A stretch of 63,741 bases of DNA, the filler included, from Olpidium bornovanus S191 (Eukaryota; Fungi; Olpidiomycota), in NCBI GenBank assembly GCA_017911155.1. It is 32 parts of 32 records of this genome, joined end to end, with 100 filler letters (N's around TTAATTAATTAA, not from the genome) between each part and the next. Parts side by side here need not be neighbours in the genome. Positions count along the whole stretch, not along the records: positions 10,254 to 12,220 come from JAEFCI010002435.1; positions 12,321 to 14,540 come from JAEFCI010012496.1; positions 14,641 to 17,700 come from JAEFCI010003115.1; positions 17,801 to 20,026 come from JAEFCI010003676.1; positions 20,127 to 22,009 come from JAEFCI010010986.1; positions 22,110 to 24,614 come from JAEFCI010008805.1; 26 more parts are not named here. One strand, written 5' to 3'. Positions 11,270-23,280 of the stretch are shown piece by piece. The notes beneath the pieces were generated by a model. It did no database searches. It worked only from the letters and a program-made list of their open reading frames with translations, and had not been told where the DNA came from. Numbering within the stretch: the stretch's first letter is position 1; each line of letters starts with the position of its first letter. A program made the translations under genes and the position numbers.

Positions 11270-12139
11270 AAAAGAAAAAGTATATTCGCTGGACACGTTT
11301 TGCTGCATACCGCTCGTCTGTATATATATATATATACATACTGCATATCACCTTCGGCTTTCTCCGCGCAACGAATTCAGGCGCGAGCGCGGCCCGCGTG
11401 TGAACGCGCGGAAAATCAGATAGGATCAAGAGTCGACCGGCAATTGACAACACACCACCAACCAAAGTAGGCGGAAGTTCCACCCAGAAACAAAATGGGA
11501 AAACGCGCTCCATCGGCAACCTCCGCTAAGCCAATCGCACACTCGGAGTATTCACTTTTGGATGGAAACGCAGGCTGTGATGTTCGGTTCATTTAGTAGT
11601 GTATAAATTCAAAACCTGTAATATAAACTGCCTGGTATCCTTTCGGTACTCCGTTCGCACGGGCTACTTTCACCGTCTACTCGCGGAACAAGCGTGCCTC
11701 GGCTATCCTGGATTCTGCTACGTAGAACGCAGTAACTAGCAGCCCGGAACAGAGGCCAGAACGAACTTGGCCAACAACTGTGCACGTCGACGGGGGAGAA
11801 AGCTGGAAGAGCTCCTTTAATTTTTTGCCGGGCTCGAGAGCCGAGCTGACAGATTGCAAACTGGGCGAATCTGTCGCTCCCGAACTCTCGTCGGTCACGG
11901 TCCCGGTGGGAGTCCCGTCGGTGCATCAGCGACCTCGTCGGCGGAACGCCCCTTCCACGAGTGACTCGGCGGTAGCGCCCCTGAGGTCTTGAAGTGACGG
12001 GGCGGGGCTTTTTGGCCCTGTGCCCGATTGGTGACTGGAGGCGCGCCGCCCCGCCGCGTCACGCTGCAACAAGTTTGGTTCTTCTGCCGTTTCTAACGCA
12101 GCAGCGGAATGCAAAGAGAGAGGCGCAGACGGCGATTTT

Positions 12140-12182
<43 letters not shown>

Positions 12183-12320
12183 CTTTTTCCCCCCCCCCCC
12201 CCCTTTTTTCCCCCCCCCGCNNNNNNNNNNNNNNNNNNNNNNNNNNNNNNNNNNNNNNNNNNNNTTAATTAATTAANNNNNNNNNNNNNNNNNNNNNNNN
12301 NNNNNNNNNNNNNNNNNNNN

Positions 12321-12786
12321 ATTTCCCGCCGCAAAGACCGCGCTCCGCGGCTTGGCCAGGAAGACCTCGCGCCGGGACAGGCAGCTGCTCCCGCGGCGAC
12401 GACGGCGGAACCTGGCCGTGGACTTCGAGAACAACGTCATGCTCGGCGTCCCGGCCAACTTCCTGATCGTTCCCGAGGCGGTCGACGACGACGGCGAGCT
12501 CGTCCCCGTGGACCTGTTGCTGACGACTCACGTGCTGTGGGTCTTGACCGAAACGGAGGTCGAGCCCGCCTTGAACGCCGTACCCCTCGTGCTGGACGAC
12601 CCACGCCATGCCGCCGAAAAGATGGACGCCTTAGACTTTGCCGAAGTGACTTCCGTGCTTTACGCCCTGGACGGAGCGGACTACACCGCAGTAGGTGCGT
12701 CCGGACCAGCGGCGCACTGGCTCCACGAGGCCGTCGGAAAACTCGTGAACGACCACGGACAATATCATAGCTCCGCGGCGCTCTAG
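12321..12786 (+). CDS. Hypothetical protein, 3' fragment
   Basis: Open frame from the contig start with strong GC3 bias (NLAVDFENNVMLGVPANFLIVP...). Family not recognised. Confidence 0.45.
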
Positions 12787-14229
12787 AAAAAAAATTAGAA
12801 AAGAACGAAACCGGTACGGGGCGCGTGTTCAACAGCGTAGATCAAAAATATACACTTTAGAATCTTTGATTCGTCTGGGCCGCATAACCCCTCGCCATTT
12901 CTTGTCAAATGGGGTTCCAGGCCCCCCACAGCGGGCGGAGAATCCGGTTCTTCCTGGAAATTTTTCGTTATAAGCATAACGATGGGCGGATTGTACGCTT
13001 TGACCTCTCCTGTGGATACAAGGAGTAAGCGGTTTGCCGGTAGTGCTGACTACTCCACCCCACCCCTCATCCTCACCCCGTCTTTTCGCTCCTCTTCCCC
13101 CGAAGCTTATTAGGCGTTCCATCCCGTCACCTAACGAAACATTCTCCTGTTGTGTTTTGCCGTGCCGAAAAGGGAAATTCTGCGCCGTTTATATTAGGGG
13201 ACCGATTGTGCTGGAATATCGCCAGCCCCAAGATGTAAGCGACCCACACGGGGCTTGCGACCGAGGCGGACTACGAAAAACCGCCCAGTTTGACCGGAAC
13301 ACGGGAAGTCCCCCTCTTTTTTTTTGTTTTCGATTTTCTTTTTTTTTTTTGTTTGTTTTTTTGATATCCTACCGAGGTTTGGAAACACGACGCGGAGCGT
13401 ACGAGCGTAGACAAAATTTTTCCGCCCGCGGACTGATCCTGGAAGGGCGAGCAGCTTAGCGACAAGGGGTGGCAGCTGTGCGGAGCGTGGAAGGATTTGG
13501 CGGTTGGCGGGATGCGAGAGAGCGTGGGGATGCGCGTATGCAACATGATTCGGTGCGTCTCCTGCAACGCAACATAGGGCAGCAATAAGACGGGTGTTTA
13601 AACGACACCTACGGGGGCACGACTCGAGCAGGGTGTCGTGATGTTCTGCGATTCCCGACTGGGCCGGCTGTCGGGAGATTCGGGCGTCAACCACGAGGTT
13701 CATCACAGGGTATACGGCAGACACATCTCCTGGAGATCTACATGCAAGCAATGTGCAGCTACCCGGTGTTGCGAAGCCGCGCTCGTAGTGGGTTCGACCG
13801 CCGCGCAGGAGACACGGGCTGCAATGAATCCTCCAGCACATCGCACCCGACGCCGTGACCAAGGTGCCAACCCTCAATACGGACAACACAGGCGCAGCGG
13901 AATTGGCAGCCGGCGCCAGAGCATCAAAGCCGCAGATAGTTCCCGCTAAAATATTGTATCTTCAACGTCTTTTTCCCCGACATCTTCGTTACCTCCACGC
14001 TGTGGGCATGCGTTCCGCGTGCCTTCCTCGTCCCTGTGCTGCTCCCTCGCCAAGGGGGAGCACGTGGAGGAGAATGTTTTTGTGGTTTCGGAGGGACGGA
14101 AGGTTGAGGGTGGTGGCGGCCGGGTCCCCTTGCTTTAAACCCGCACACGCCGCCTCCTTTTTCCGCCGAGCACCGCCCTCCCTTTACCGACCCCCCCTTT
14201 TCGCTCCCCCTAAACGGCACCGAGAAACC

Positions 14230-14296
14230 ATGTCGTACCAGGAGCCCTCCGTGCTCCAGAAGGCCAAGTTCGGCGCCATCATGGGAGGAAGCGTCG
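14230..14296 (+). CDS. MGR2: Mitochondrial TIM23-associated Mgr2/ROMO1, first exon only
   Basis: MSYQEPSVLQKAKFGAIMGGSVG matches the Mgr2 N-terminus (QPS.WDKFKMG.MMG.TVG); donor GTGCGT at 14297. Confidence 0.7.
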
Positions 14297-14900
14297 GTGC
14301 GTGCCGCGTCCTCCCTTGCCCCCCCCCCCCCCCCCCCCCCCCCCCTCTCCCCCCCCCCGTCCGGCGCGGCCCCGCCTTTTTCCCGCCGTCTGTGCGCGGC
14401 GCCGCCCGCGCGGGCGGGCCCCTGCCTCCGATCGACCGCGGGAGCGCCGCGGTCAGGCAGGTGGCGGAAGACCCGGAGGACGAGCCGGAGAAGCGGCGCT
14501 TGGATAAGATTGAGAAGAGCCAGCCGCCGCGCGGCCCGTCNNNNNNNNNNNNNNNNNNNNNNNNNNNNNNNNNNNNNNNNNNNNTTAATTAATTAANNNN
14601 NNNNNNNNNNNNNNNNNNNNNNNNNNNNNNNNNNNNNNNNCATGAATATGCGGCTGGGCCATCAGTCTCGAAGATATATATCAGCCCGAAACGGGTAGCC
14701 AAGAGCGAACGCGGACCGTGCGGACGCGTCGCGGGACTTAGTTTCTGCCCGGAATTTTGCGCCAGGGCCAATTGGGTGCAGCCGGAGTGCAGGCCCCGAC
14801 CCGAACGAGGGCCACGCGGAGCCTTGGGACGTCAGTGCGATATCAACCCCACAAAAAAAAAAAAAAAACGTAACACAACAACACAGAACGAACGTCCGCC

Positions 14901-16633
14901 ATGGCAGCGTCGAAGAAGTCCTTGGTTGAGGTGGCGAAGCCCGCCCCGCTCCCGTTCCACTACCAGGTAGTTTGCCGGTGTTGTCTGCAGGGAGCATCGT
15001 ATGAATGAGACAGTCGGGTGGTCATGACTTCTGTTAACGGAGAGACCTTTCTGAGGGAGGTTCGGAGAGTCCGTCTCCCGGCCGAACGGCACTGCGTCGC
15101 CGCCGCGTCTTTCTGGAGAGAATCCCAACGCCGCCGCACACAGGCATCATCTAACGGTTCGTGTTGCGCTTCTCCTCCTTACCGGTTACCGTATGCCTGC
15201 ATACCACACGAAACGCCTTTTAGTGAGTGAAATTACAGCCCCGTTGCATGCTAAACGAGCATTGGAAACACATCCGGAAACATATCCTAAATCTCTGTCT
15301 GTCCCGGTTAGGTTTCTGGCCGGAGGCGTAGCCGGCGTGGCTGAGATCATCGCCATGTACCCGCTCGATGGTTGGCGAATATCGCTGTTGTTTGATATAG
15401 CTAGTCCTCTGGGCGGCGGTTGCCGCGGATTTTGAGATTGATACGCGTATGGATGACTGCGGCTTCTTCTGTTACTTTTGGCAGTGGTCAAGACGCGCCA
15501 GCAGCTCGAGGCTGGAAAGTCGACGAGCACGTTTGCGACGCTGGGGCGCATGATAAAGGACGAAGGGGTAGCGCGGATGTACCGCGGGGGGACGGCGCCG
15601 GTGTTGGTAGAGGCCCCTAAGCGAGCCACCAAGTTCGCGGCCAACGAGCAGTACAAGGAGTTGATCAAAAGCTTTACGGGTGCGAAGGAAATCACCCGTC
15701 CCCAGTCCGTGCTGGCCGGGGCCATGGCAGGAATCACCGAGGCAACGCTTATCGTGCCCTTCGAGCTTGTCAAGGTGCGCTTGCAGGACAAGGCCAGCGT
15801 CGGGCTGTACAAGGGCCCTGGCGACGTCGTCAAGCACATCATGAAACATGACGGGCTGACCGGGCTGTACAAAGGGTGGGAGGCCACTTGCTGGCGGCAC
15901 GGGCTTTGGACTGGAAGGTAAGTAACATGCTCCCTGTGAGCCTCACCCCATTTTGTAATGTGCCTCGGGAGAGGAAGCTGGGAGTGAAGAAGGGTAGGGG
16001 GTGGGAGGGGGGTTACACTGCAGCAGAGCCGACGTTGCTTAATATGGCGCTTTCCTTTGTTTCGTGCTTGGATAGTTACTTCGGTGTAATTGCGTCAGTG
16101 CGAGCCATTCTACCGTCTGAGGATCAGATGCCCGGAGGAGAGCTTGCAAAGTAAGTCCTCTTGTCTTTCTGCTGTTTTCGTCTTGTGCCTCGTTTTGTGG
16201 TACATCTTCCAGGTACGCGGCCGTTTGCTCACCGCTTCTTATCACTCGCAAAGGAATTTTGCCGCCGGGACCATCGGCGGGGCAATCGGGACCTTATGTA
16301 ACACCCCTGCGGACGTCGTCAAGAGTCGCATCCAGAACCAGCCCACCGTGCCAGGGCAGCCACCCAAATACGGGTGGACAGTGAGTCCCATAATTCTCTC
16401 GCTTCCTTTTTGTCCTCGATTTCTCCCATACCGGTCCCCTGACAATCCCGTTCTCGATTTTCGTGACGCTTTCGACCAAGTGGGGTGCCATCTCGGTCGT
16501 TGCCCGGGAAGAGGGCTTCGCAGCGCTGTACAAAGGTTTTACGCCCAAGGTCCTCAGGCTCGGCCCGGGAGGCGGAATCCTGCTGCTCGTGTACGAGGCC
16601 CTCACGGCTTTTATCAGGAAAGAACTTCTTTAA
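14901..16633 (+). CDS. ODC1: Mitochondrial 2-oxodicarboxylate carrier (SLC25A21/Odc1-2), complete, 6 exons
   Basis: Exons 14901-14966 (or -14998), 15312-15370, 15485-15917, 16076-16150, 16254-16380, 16481-16633. PLPFHYQ/FLAGG, three PX[DE]XX[KR] motifs (YPLDVVK, VPFELVK, TPADVVK), VEAPKRATKFAANE and PKVLRLGPGGGILL. Confidence 0.93.
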
Positions 16634-19619
16634 AGACCTGGGGGACACGGGATGACGGTTTTTGCCGCAGGCGCCCTAGACCTGGCCGTTACGCCAATTC
16701 GTAGAATTAAAAAATCTAGGCCTGGTACATCTTAGCACTTCATTTTCTCGGGCGAGGTCACCTCTGTTTTACACTGCAAGCGCAAAAACCCAACGCGGAA
16801 AAAAGAAATAATTGTTTGAGACGCGGCCACCTCTGTCCTATATTCCTAGCGCAAAAACCCAGCGCGATATAAGAAATAACTGTTCGAGACGCGTTCCGCC
16901 CTCACGCCCTGCCGCAGGTGCGACGCCTGTCTGCATGCTCATGACAGGCTGTTACCGAAGCAATCTTACCAGGATTCGTCTCGTTCGAACAACGCGTGCC
17001 CCGCAGATGTGTGAATCCCCAACGGATAACGGACTCCAATCCCCAGTTCGACCAAATGCCTGGTATGGTAGAAGCATTGTTCTGTTGTTCACATTGCAAT
17101 GTTCAATGGGTCTACATGGAATTTTGAGAGCGGAATTTGGCCGCTAGTGAAACCAGCTAGTACGCAATGTGCTCCTATCTAAAGCCCTATCAGTTACAAT
17201 GGCAAGTCAATAGGGGGAGGTGTACCGCCTCCCGCATGTCCGCTTAATTTGTCAAAAACCGTGCAGCTCGATGACGACTCCCGGGCTTGTTCCGCGCCAC
17301 CTCAAAAGTCAATTAGAGCAGCGACCTCGTGAACACATCTGTCGCTTAGTCTCCGAGGTGACAGAGCAAGCCCATCGGCAGCGCAGGCTCATACGTGGCT
17401 ATATTTCAAACACTTATCGCGGTCCAAGCGTATCGAAAAGTCATGAGCGCTTTGTGGGCTTCGATATTACACAACTGACGAATCATCAGTGACGGTGGCA
17501 CTTTGGCTGGACTCCTTATTCAGGTGGTGCGCGGGCATGTGATGAAGTAAAATGTCGCAGCTGTTGTGAATATTCCCTTCCCGCCACTTTCTCGAGGCAG
17601 CAGAAGAAGCGCGGGCGCGCAGCAGAGCAGACGAACAAAGAAGCTTACCAGGTAAAATGGAGGCAAACCGGTAGCTGACTGAGGTGAAGTAGAAGCAACC
17701 NNNNNNNNNNNNNNNNNNNNNNNNNNNNNNNNNNNNNNNNNNNNTTAATTAATTAANNNNNNNNNNNNNNNNNNNNNNNNNNNNNNNNNNNNNNNNNNNN
17801 GACGTCGTTATTTGGTCACGGAACTGTTTAATAACACGAGGGAGTAATTGGGAAAGTGGGAACAGACAGCACGAATGTTGTTACAGTCATTTCGCCCTCA
17901 CGGACTTCGCGTGGCTGCATGAACACTTTACCAGAGAAGCAGCCTGCAGTGTGACAACGTTGCAGCTGCAATTTGTGATGCGGCCGCTTTTCTCCTTTTT
18001 CCCCTTCTTTCTATACCTAGTTCCTCACCCGTTGTTGTCTCCGCTTTTCCCTGTGCCTAGTTCCCCACCCGTTGTTTCCCCCCTTCCTTTCCTTTCCAAA
18101 ACCCAAAAACAATACTATGGTAGCAACGCGTGTGACGACCAGAAAAGAGACCCCGTCCACCCCGGTCTCCGTTCCCTTCCCTGTCCACGTCCCCGACCCC
18201 ATCACCGACCAGCGCCGCGTGCGGCGCAGCGCAGTCTTGGGTCTCCTGTCATGTCCGAGTCTTCGCGTTAGTGGGAAAGAAAAGCGAGCACAAGACGATT
18301 CGAGGGACTTTCGGGAGCCAAGGGGTGCTCAGGCAGCAGGGCTCGAGGAAGGAACGAGTCACGAATCATGATGTGACAAATTCGGGCGAGGTACTTGATA
18401 ATTTGGGTGCTCTGTATGATAATTTCCTGACTCATCTATTACTTGTCGGGTCGCTGCCCCTCCTCCCCTTTTACTTCCTGCCGCGATTAATTTTACGCGT
18501 GAAGAGGACCAGCGGGGTGGAGAAAACTCGATGTGCTTCTTCCCCCCCCTTTTTCCCTCTTTCCCTCCTCATCCGCGCCCTGAACCCGTCTCTGCACGCT
18601 ACGAACGAACCCCCCCCCCCTTCTCGAACGAAAGAGAAGAAGAGGAGTGCGGAAGCTAACAGGCAACATTGGTGGAAGTCCCGGGCCGAACCCCACGAGC
18701 GGTTGCGCACGGACGATGATCCCCCAGTCCTTTGAATTATTTGGCATTTGGAGTGGTGAACGGTCGAAGGCGCAGGGCGAGGATGGCACAGAACCCCGGT
18801 GGTTTGGCATAATTTGTTTTTCTTTGGAAGCTACAATTTTCCTTCCGCAGCTGCCGCTCCCAGGCAGGATTCCTACGCCCTGTTCACTGCCCACAAAACG
18901 CTGATGACTGATCAAACGCCGCTTGCGAGTGCAGGGTCGTTGCCGAGTACAGCGCCGCGCAATGCGTGGGAGTTGCAATCGCCCGAGGCTGATACGTGTG
19001 AAGGTCGGGAGATTGAAGAGTTCCGGAGCCGGCTCACGGATGCCGTACAGGCAGCTGTTTTGGGAGGTACGAGGGCATCGGTAGAGCAGGTGGCTCGGGT
19101 TGAAGCGCTCCTGGTTGAACCGCAGCAGAGGGCTTAGCAACAACAACGATGGGCCGAAGTCCGCACCTGTGAGAGAATTTGTGCGTGACGAGAGTCTTTT
19201 CCAACGTCGGAATATTGGTGGGGGACGCATTGCATAGCAAAGGTTAGACGTAGAGGTAGTGCTTCCTGTCATCTCAACACCCGTTGTCTCGATACCATAT
19301 CTTACATGCTTTTCTTTAAAAGGGCTTGTTGAAGTGCTCTTCGAAGGACGGGCTGGTGACAATTGACGTGCTCGATGTAGCGCCCGTATCGTCCGTATCG
19401 ACTTTATTCCAATGCGCTCTCTGTAGCGCCCATAACGACTTCGCTTTGATGCGCCCATCGAAGCGCCCACCCCCGGTGCTGGACAGCTTCCCTGGGGGGT
19501 ATAAAAACCACCTCGGGGAGTGCGGCCACATGTGAATTTGCGTTTCGCCCTCACCCAAACACAACAACAAAAAAGCAAATGCTCTTCGCCTTCCGTCCCT
19601 GCTCCGCCTGTCATCCTCC

Positions 19620-19870
19620 ACTCCCGCTCCTTGCTCCCGCACCTACGCTTCTGGCTCCGTTTTTGCAGCTATGGACCTTACCAGTATCACAAAGTTCTTG
19701 CGCAAGTTGGAACGGGCAGTTAGGGGTCTCCACCTGGATTCGCAAGAAATGTGCAAAGCCTTCCTTTTGACAGTTGACCCTGATAATGAGGATTTGGTAC
19801 ACAAGCAGATTCCGCCGAACCCCCAATAAATGGTGGTCAAGGATCGGCTCCGACTGCATTTCAAAAGCTT
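19620..19870 (+). pseudogene. Possible degenerate retrotransposon gag N-terminus
   Basis: Frame from 19671 reads MDLTSITKFLRKLERA..QEMCKAFLLTVDP..IPPNPQ*MVVKDRLRLHF, gag-like spacing. The in-frame TAA at 19827 sits where a Trp would be expected. Confidence 0.35.
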
Positions 19871-20642
19871 CGACAGTACTCAGATGACAGGGGAACGGTT
19901 TAGAGTGTTGTGGGTGGTGTGTCCGGCGAAGGGTTCTTGTGTTTATTAGAAGAGGGGGCACCAGGGGGTTTACGTACGGGGGCCCCCTCGATTGGAGCCC
20001 AACAATAAAGAGAAGCGGGCGGTACANNNNNNNNNNNNNNNNNNNNNNNNNNNNNNNNNNNNNNNNNNNNTTAATTAATTAANNNNNNNNNNNNNNNNNN
20101 NNNNNNNNNNNNNNNNNNNNNNNNNNGGCGCTATTTCGAACGCAAGGCGAGCACCAAAAAATACCTTCGAGTGCGGCTCTTTCACAGTTTTCTTTCTTTT
20201 TGATGATACGCCCGTAAGTCGCTTGCATCTTTGACGACGCCTCCATGTGCGCAAACTCGTGAACATATGCGTGATAAAAATAAAGCGAACGCAGAAAATG
20301 AACTCGGGGAAAACATAAACAGACTAAAAACCGCAGGCCAGCCGGGGATGGCCGCTTTGCGAAGAGGACGATTCTCCTCGTAAAGCAGCCATTCCCGGCG
20401 AGCACGGTGCAAAAATTCAGAAAGGGAAAGGGTGAACTCGTTCAAATCGACACTGATTACGAGATCGACTGATAAATCAGACGGATGAAATCATTGCAGG
20501 CGCGGCTAATAAAAGGAGGGCGACCGGGAATTTGCGAACGCGAAAGATACAGAGGTACCGTTGAAGAGCAAGAAGTGCAAAGGATTGCCGAAATTGAAGC
20601 AGAATGTCAGCTCTGTTGGCGCGGCCTGCATCAGCTAATTGT

Positions 20643-21809
20643 CTACCGGCGCGGCTCGTTCGCCTGCGCGTTCTCTGGCTCCGCAAGTCCGTCTTCGGCA
20701 GTGCCACCGGTGCCACCGGCTCTCCGTAATAATGGCGCGCTCTCTTTCTTCCTTATGGACAATGCGAGTCCTTGCGTTTTTAAAGCCACTGAGAGCGGTG
20801 AGGAAGGTTGCGCCCCCGGAAAAAACTTTGCCCTATAAACTCGGAAAGGTTCCGAAAGAACCTCGGAAACAACAGAACTTCGCGCGGGTCCACTAACGTC
20901 GAGGAGCAAACGAAGGCCAAATCAATACGGGCGACGCCCGTACGAATACACGAGGAAAGCAACTGCAATCGCGCAACCTCGGCAGGCAGGCTTCGGCGCG
21001 GGAACGCCTGCACTCACTCGGTCATGTCAGCCAAGCAAAATTTTAGACGATATATTCCTTCGCAACGGACACTTAGGTCGACGAACGGGAACATTACGCA
21101 GGAGTTGCCATCGGCGTCGTCGTACACCTCGGACGCAATGCTCCTCGTTCCGAAGAGCGCCAAGCCGCGGCGCAGCGGTTGGTCGACGGCGCTGCAGTCG
21201 GACAAGCCGTCCTCGGACCATAATGAGACGGAAAGCACGTAGTCTCTGGCGATGACATCCCTGCCGAAAAAAACAACAAAACGTTTCTGGGTTAGGGTTA
21301 GGGTTAGGAGAAACCCTAACCCTATTACTCTGACCCACGTTCGATCGTTCGCAAGCTACTCGACAGGCCGGCGGTCACCACGGTAAAAGCAGTAAGTACC
21401 TGGGGTAGCAATACAGACACCGCGGAACATTGTGGCGCAGTGATGGTCGGAATCATGGACCAAACGTGTGGGACAAATGTCATTCATTATGGCAAGCTCA
21501 CTTTGGGCTACATTCAACTCCTTCCGCGTCTAACGCGATGAGTTTGACAACCGGCGGCGGATCGATCAACCTCCGAACTCGCTCCGTAAACCCGCAGGTT
21601 CTGGCCTGCTGCGGCTGCTGCAAAATTGTAAGGCTGCACCGCTCCGGAGGCGTGGTCCTGGAACACCGCGGCTTAGCGCTCTCGTCAGCCAACGCTAGCA
21701 TGTGACACCCGGTCGCGCCAACGGCACCAAAGGTTGTGCCCAGCGCCGTCTGCGTGCAGACAGACGGTGAGCGGAGAGTCAGCGATGGGGCAGAGAATAC
21801 GCGCACCAT
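20643..21809 (-). CDS. Velvet-domain transcription regulator (VosA/VelB/VelC type), 3 exons
   Basis: Exons 21809 (or 21701)-21502, 21260-21018, 20892-20643. LTILQQPQQARTCGF..RRLIDPPPVVKL, FPFVDLSVRCEGIYRLKF and SEPFRVYRAKFFPG..SSPLS..LKTQG..LSIRK are velvet hallmarks. Confidence 0.92.
21289..21324. repeat. Head-to-head telomeric-type repeats (GGGTTA)3GG-AGAAA-CCCTAACCCTA inside velvet intron 1
   Basis: Read directly: GGGTTAGGGTTAGGGTTAGG at 21289-21308 and CCCTAACCCTA at 21314-21324. Confidence 0.85.
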
Positions 21810-22481
21810 CGTGCCGGTGGCGAGACGCAGCCAGGGGCGCAAGTCAAAAGCGCGGGCGAGTTCGCCTCGCACGGGACCGTACGCGGCAAAAAATGCCGGG
21901 AGAGGGCGACCGTTGTATGTTGCCAGCTTCGTACCTCGGGCCAGCCGGAGAACTGGCCTCACGGAGGCCCGAGCATCGACGACTAAGCAAAACTTCTCCC
22001 CCTTCCCCCNNNNNNNNNNNNNNNNNNNNNNNNNNNNNNNNNNNNNNNNNNNNTTAATTAATTAANNNNNNNNNNNNNNNNNNNNNNNNNNNNNNNNNNN
22101 NNNNNNNNNCCTGTCAAAACACTCATCGGTCAGCAACACGAAGCTGCCCATAGATCGATAATCCTGTCGATTAATCGATCGCCCATTGATCAATAATTTG
22201 CCAGTCGATCAAGCTGCTCTTGGTTCCATGCCGATAGCGCGTGGGGGCCAGTGGCAGGGTCAACTTGAGGAGGGACGACGATGGTGAATCGTTGGGGTGT
22301 GGGGAGGAAAGGCGGGAGGACTGTCGGATGGGGAGAAGGAACTGGAATTTTTTTTTGTTTCACCGATCGCTCGGCCCCCCCCCCCCCTTTATACACCATG
22401 CGAGTCATGCCAAAACACTCTCTGAGTTCACCCTTGAATTGTCACTCGCCGATTCCTTACACTACCCAAGGAAGGGTGTGC

Positions 22482-22564
22482 GTTAAAAGCTTCTCGCCGT
22501 CAGCTCTCGGTTAGAAGCTCGCAGTTAAAAGCTCTTGGTGGGTTAAAAGCTTCTCGCCGTCAGC
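22482..22564. repeat. 23-bp direct repeat GTTAAAAGCTTCTCGCCGTCAGC (period 60) with two partial copies between
   Basis: Full copies at 22482-22504 and 22542-22564; GTTAGAAGCT and GTTAAAAGCT lie between them. Confidence 0.9.
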
Positions 22565-23280
22565 CCGGTGTGCCCGGCTGGCGGTGGGCCTGGTGTGCCC
22601 GGCGGCGGCGCCCGCCTTCAGCTCTCCCCCTGTACTGCGGTGTACTGCGCTGGCTCCCACTGCTAGAGCTACGGCGTGCAGAAGGGTCACGTGTCGGTTC
22701 TACTGGGCCACGCCCAGTGCGGCTGGCGGCCGCACCCGGTGGGGCAGGCGGCGGTGCCCCCGTGGGGCCGGCGGCGGCACCCGGTGTGCCCGGTGTGCCC
22801 AGCGGCGGCGCCCTGTGTGCCCGGTGTGCCCGGTGGTGCTGCCTTGACGCGGCTCCCGGTGAGCCCGGCGGCGGCGCCCGGAGTGCCCGGTGAGCCCGGC
22901 GGCGGCGCCCGGAGTGCCCGGTGAGCCCGGCGGCGGCGCCCGGAGTGCCCGGTGTGCCCGGCGGCGGCGCCCGGAGTGCCCGGAGTGCCCGGTGTGCCCG
23001 GAGTGCCCGGTGTGCCCGGCGGCGGCGCCCGGACTGCCCGGTGTGCCCGGTGTGCCCGGTGTGCCCGGAGTGCCCGGAGTGCCCGGTGTGCCCGGAGTGC
23101 CCGGTGTGCCCGGAGTGCCCGGTGTGCCCGGTGTGCCCGGTGTGCCCGGTGTGCCCGGTGTGCCCGGTGTGCCCGGAGTGCCCGGTGTGCCCGGAGTGCC
23201 CGGTGTGCCCGGTGTGCCCGGTGTGCCCGGTGTGCCCGGTGTGCCCGGTGTGCCCGGTGTGCCCGGCGGCGGCGCCCGGC
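22565..23280. repeat. GC-rich 9-bp minisatellite (GTGCCCGGT / GTGCCCGGA) interspersed with GCGGCGGCGCCCG units
   Basis: Dozens of 9-mers; pure array about 23030-23265, degenerate upstream. It opens all six frames (VPG, CPV/CPE, ARC; TGH, RAH, PGT). Confidence 0.95.

Noticed and set aside
22110-22260. Minus-strand QLDRLANY*SMGDRLIDRIIDLW resembling a Ulp1-like transposon protease
   Set aside because: It is too short, interrupted by stops, and shows no catalytic His/Asp/Cys.
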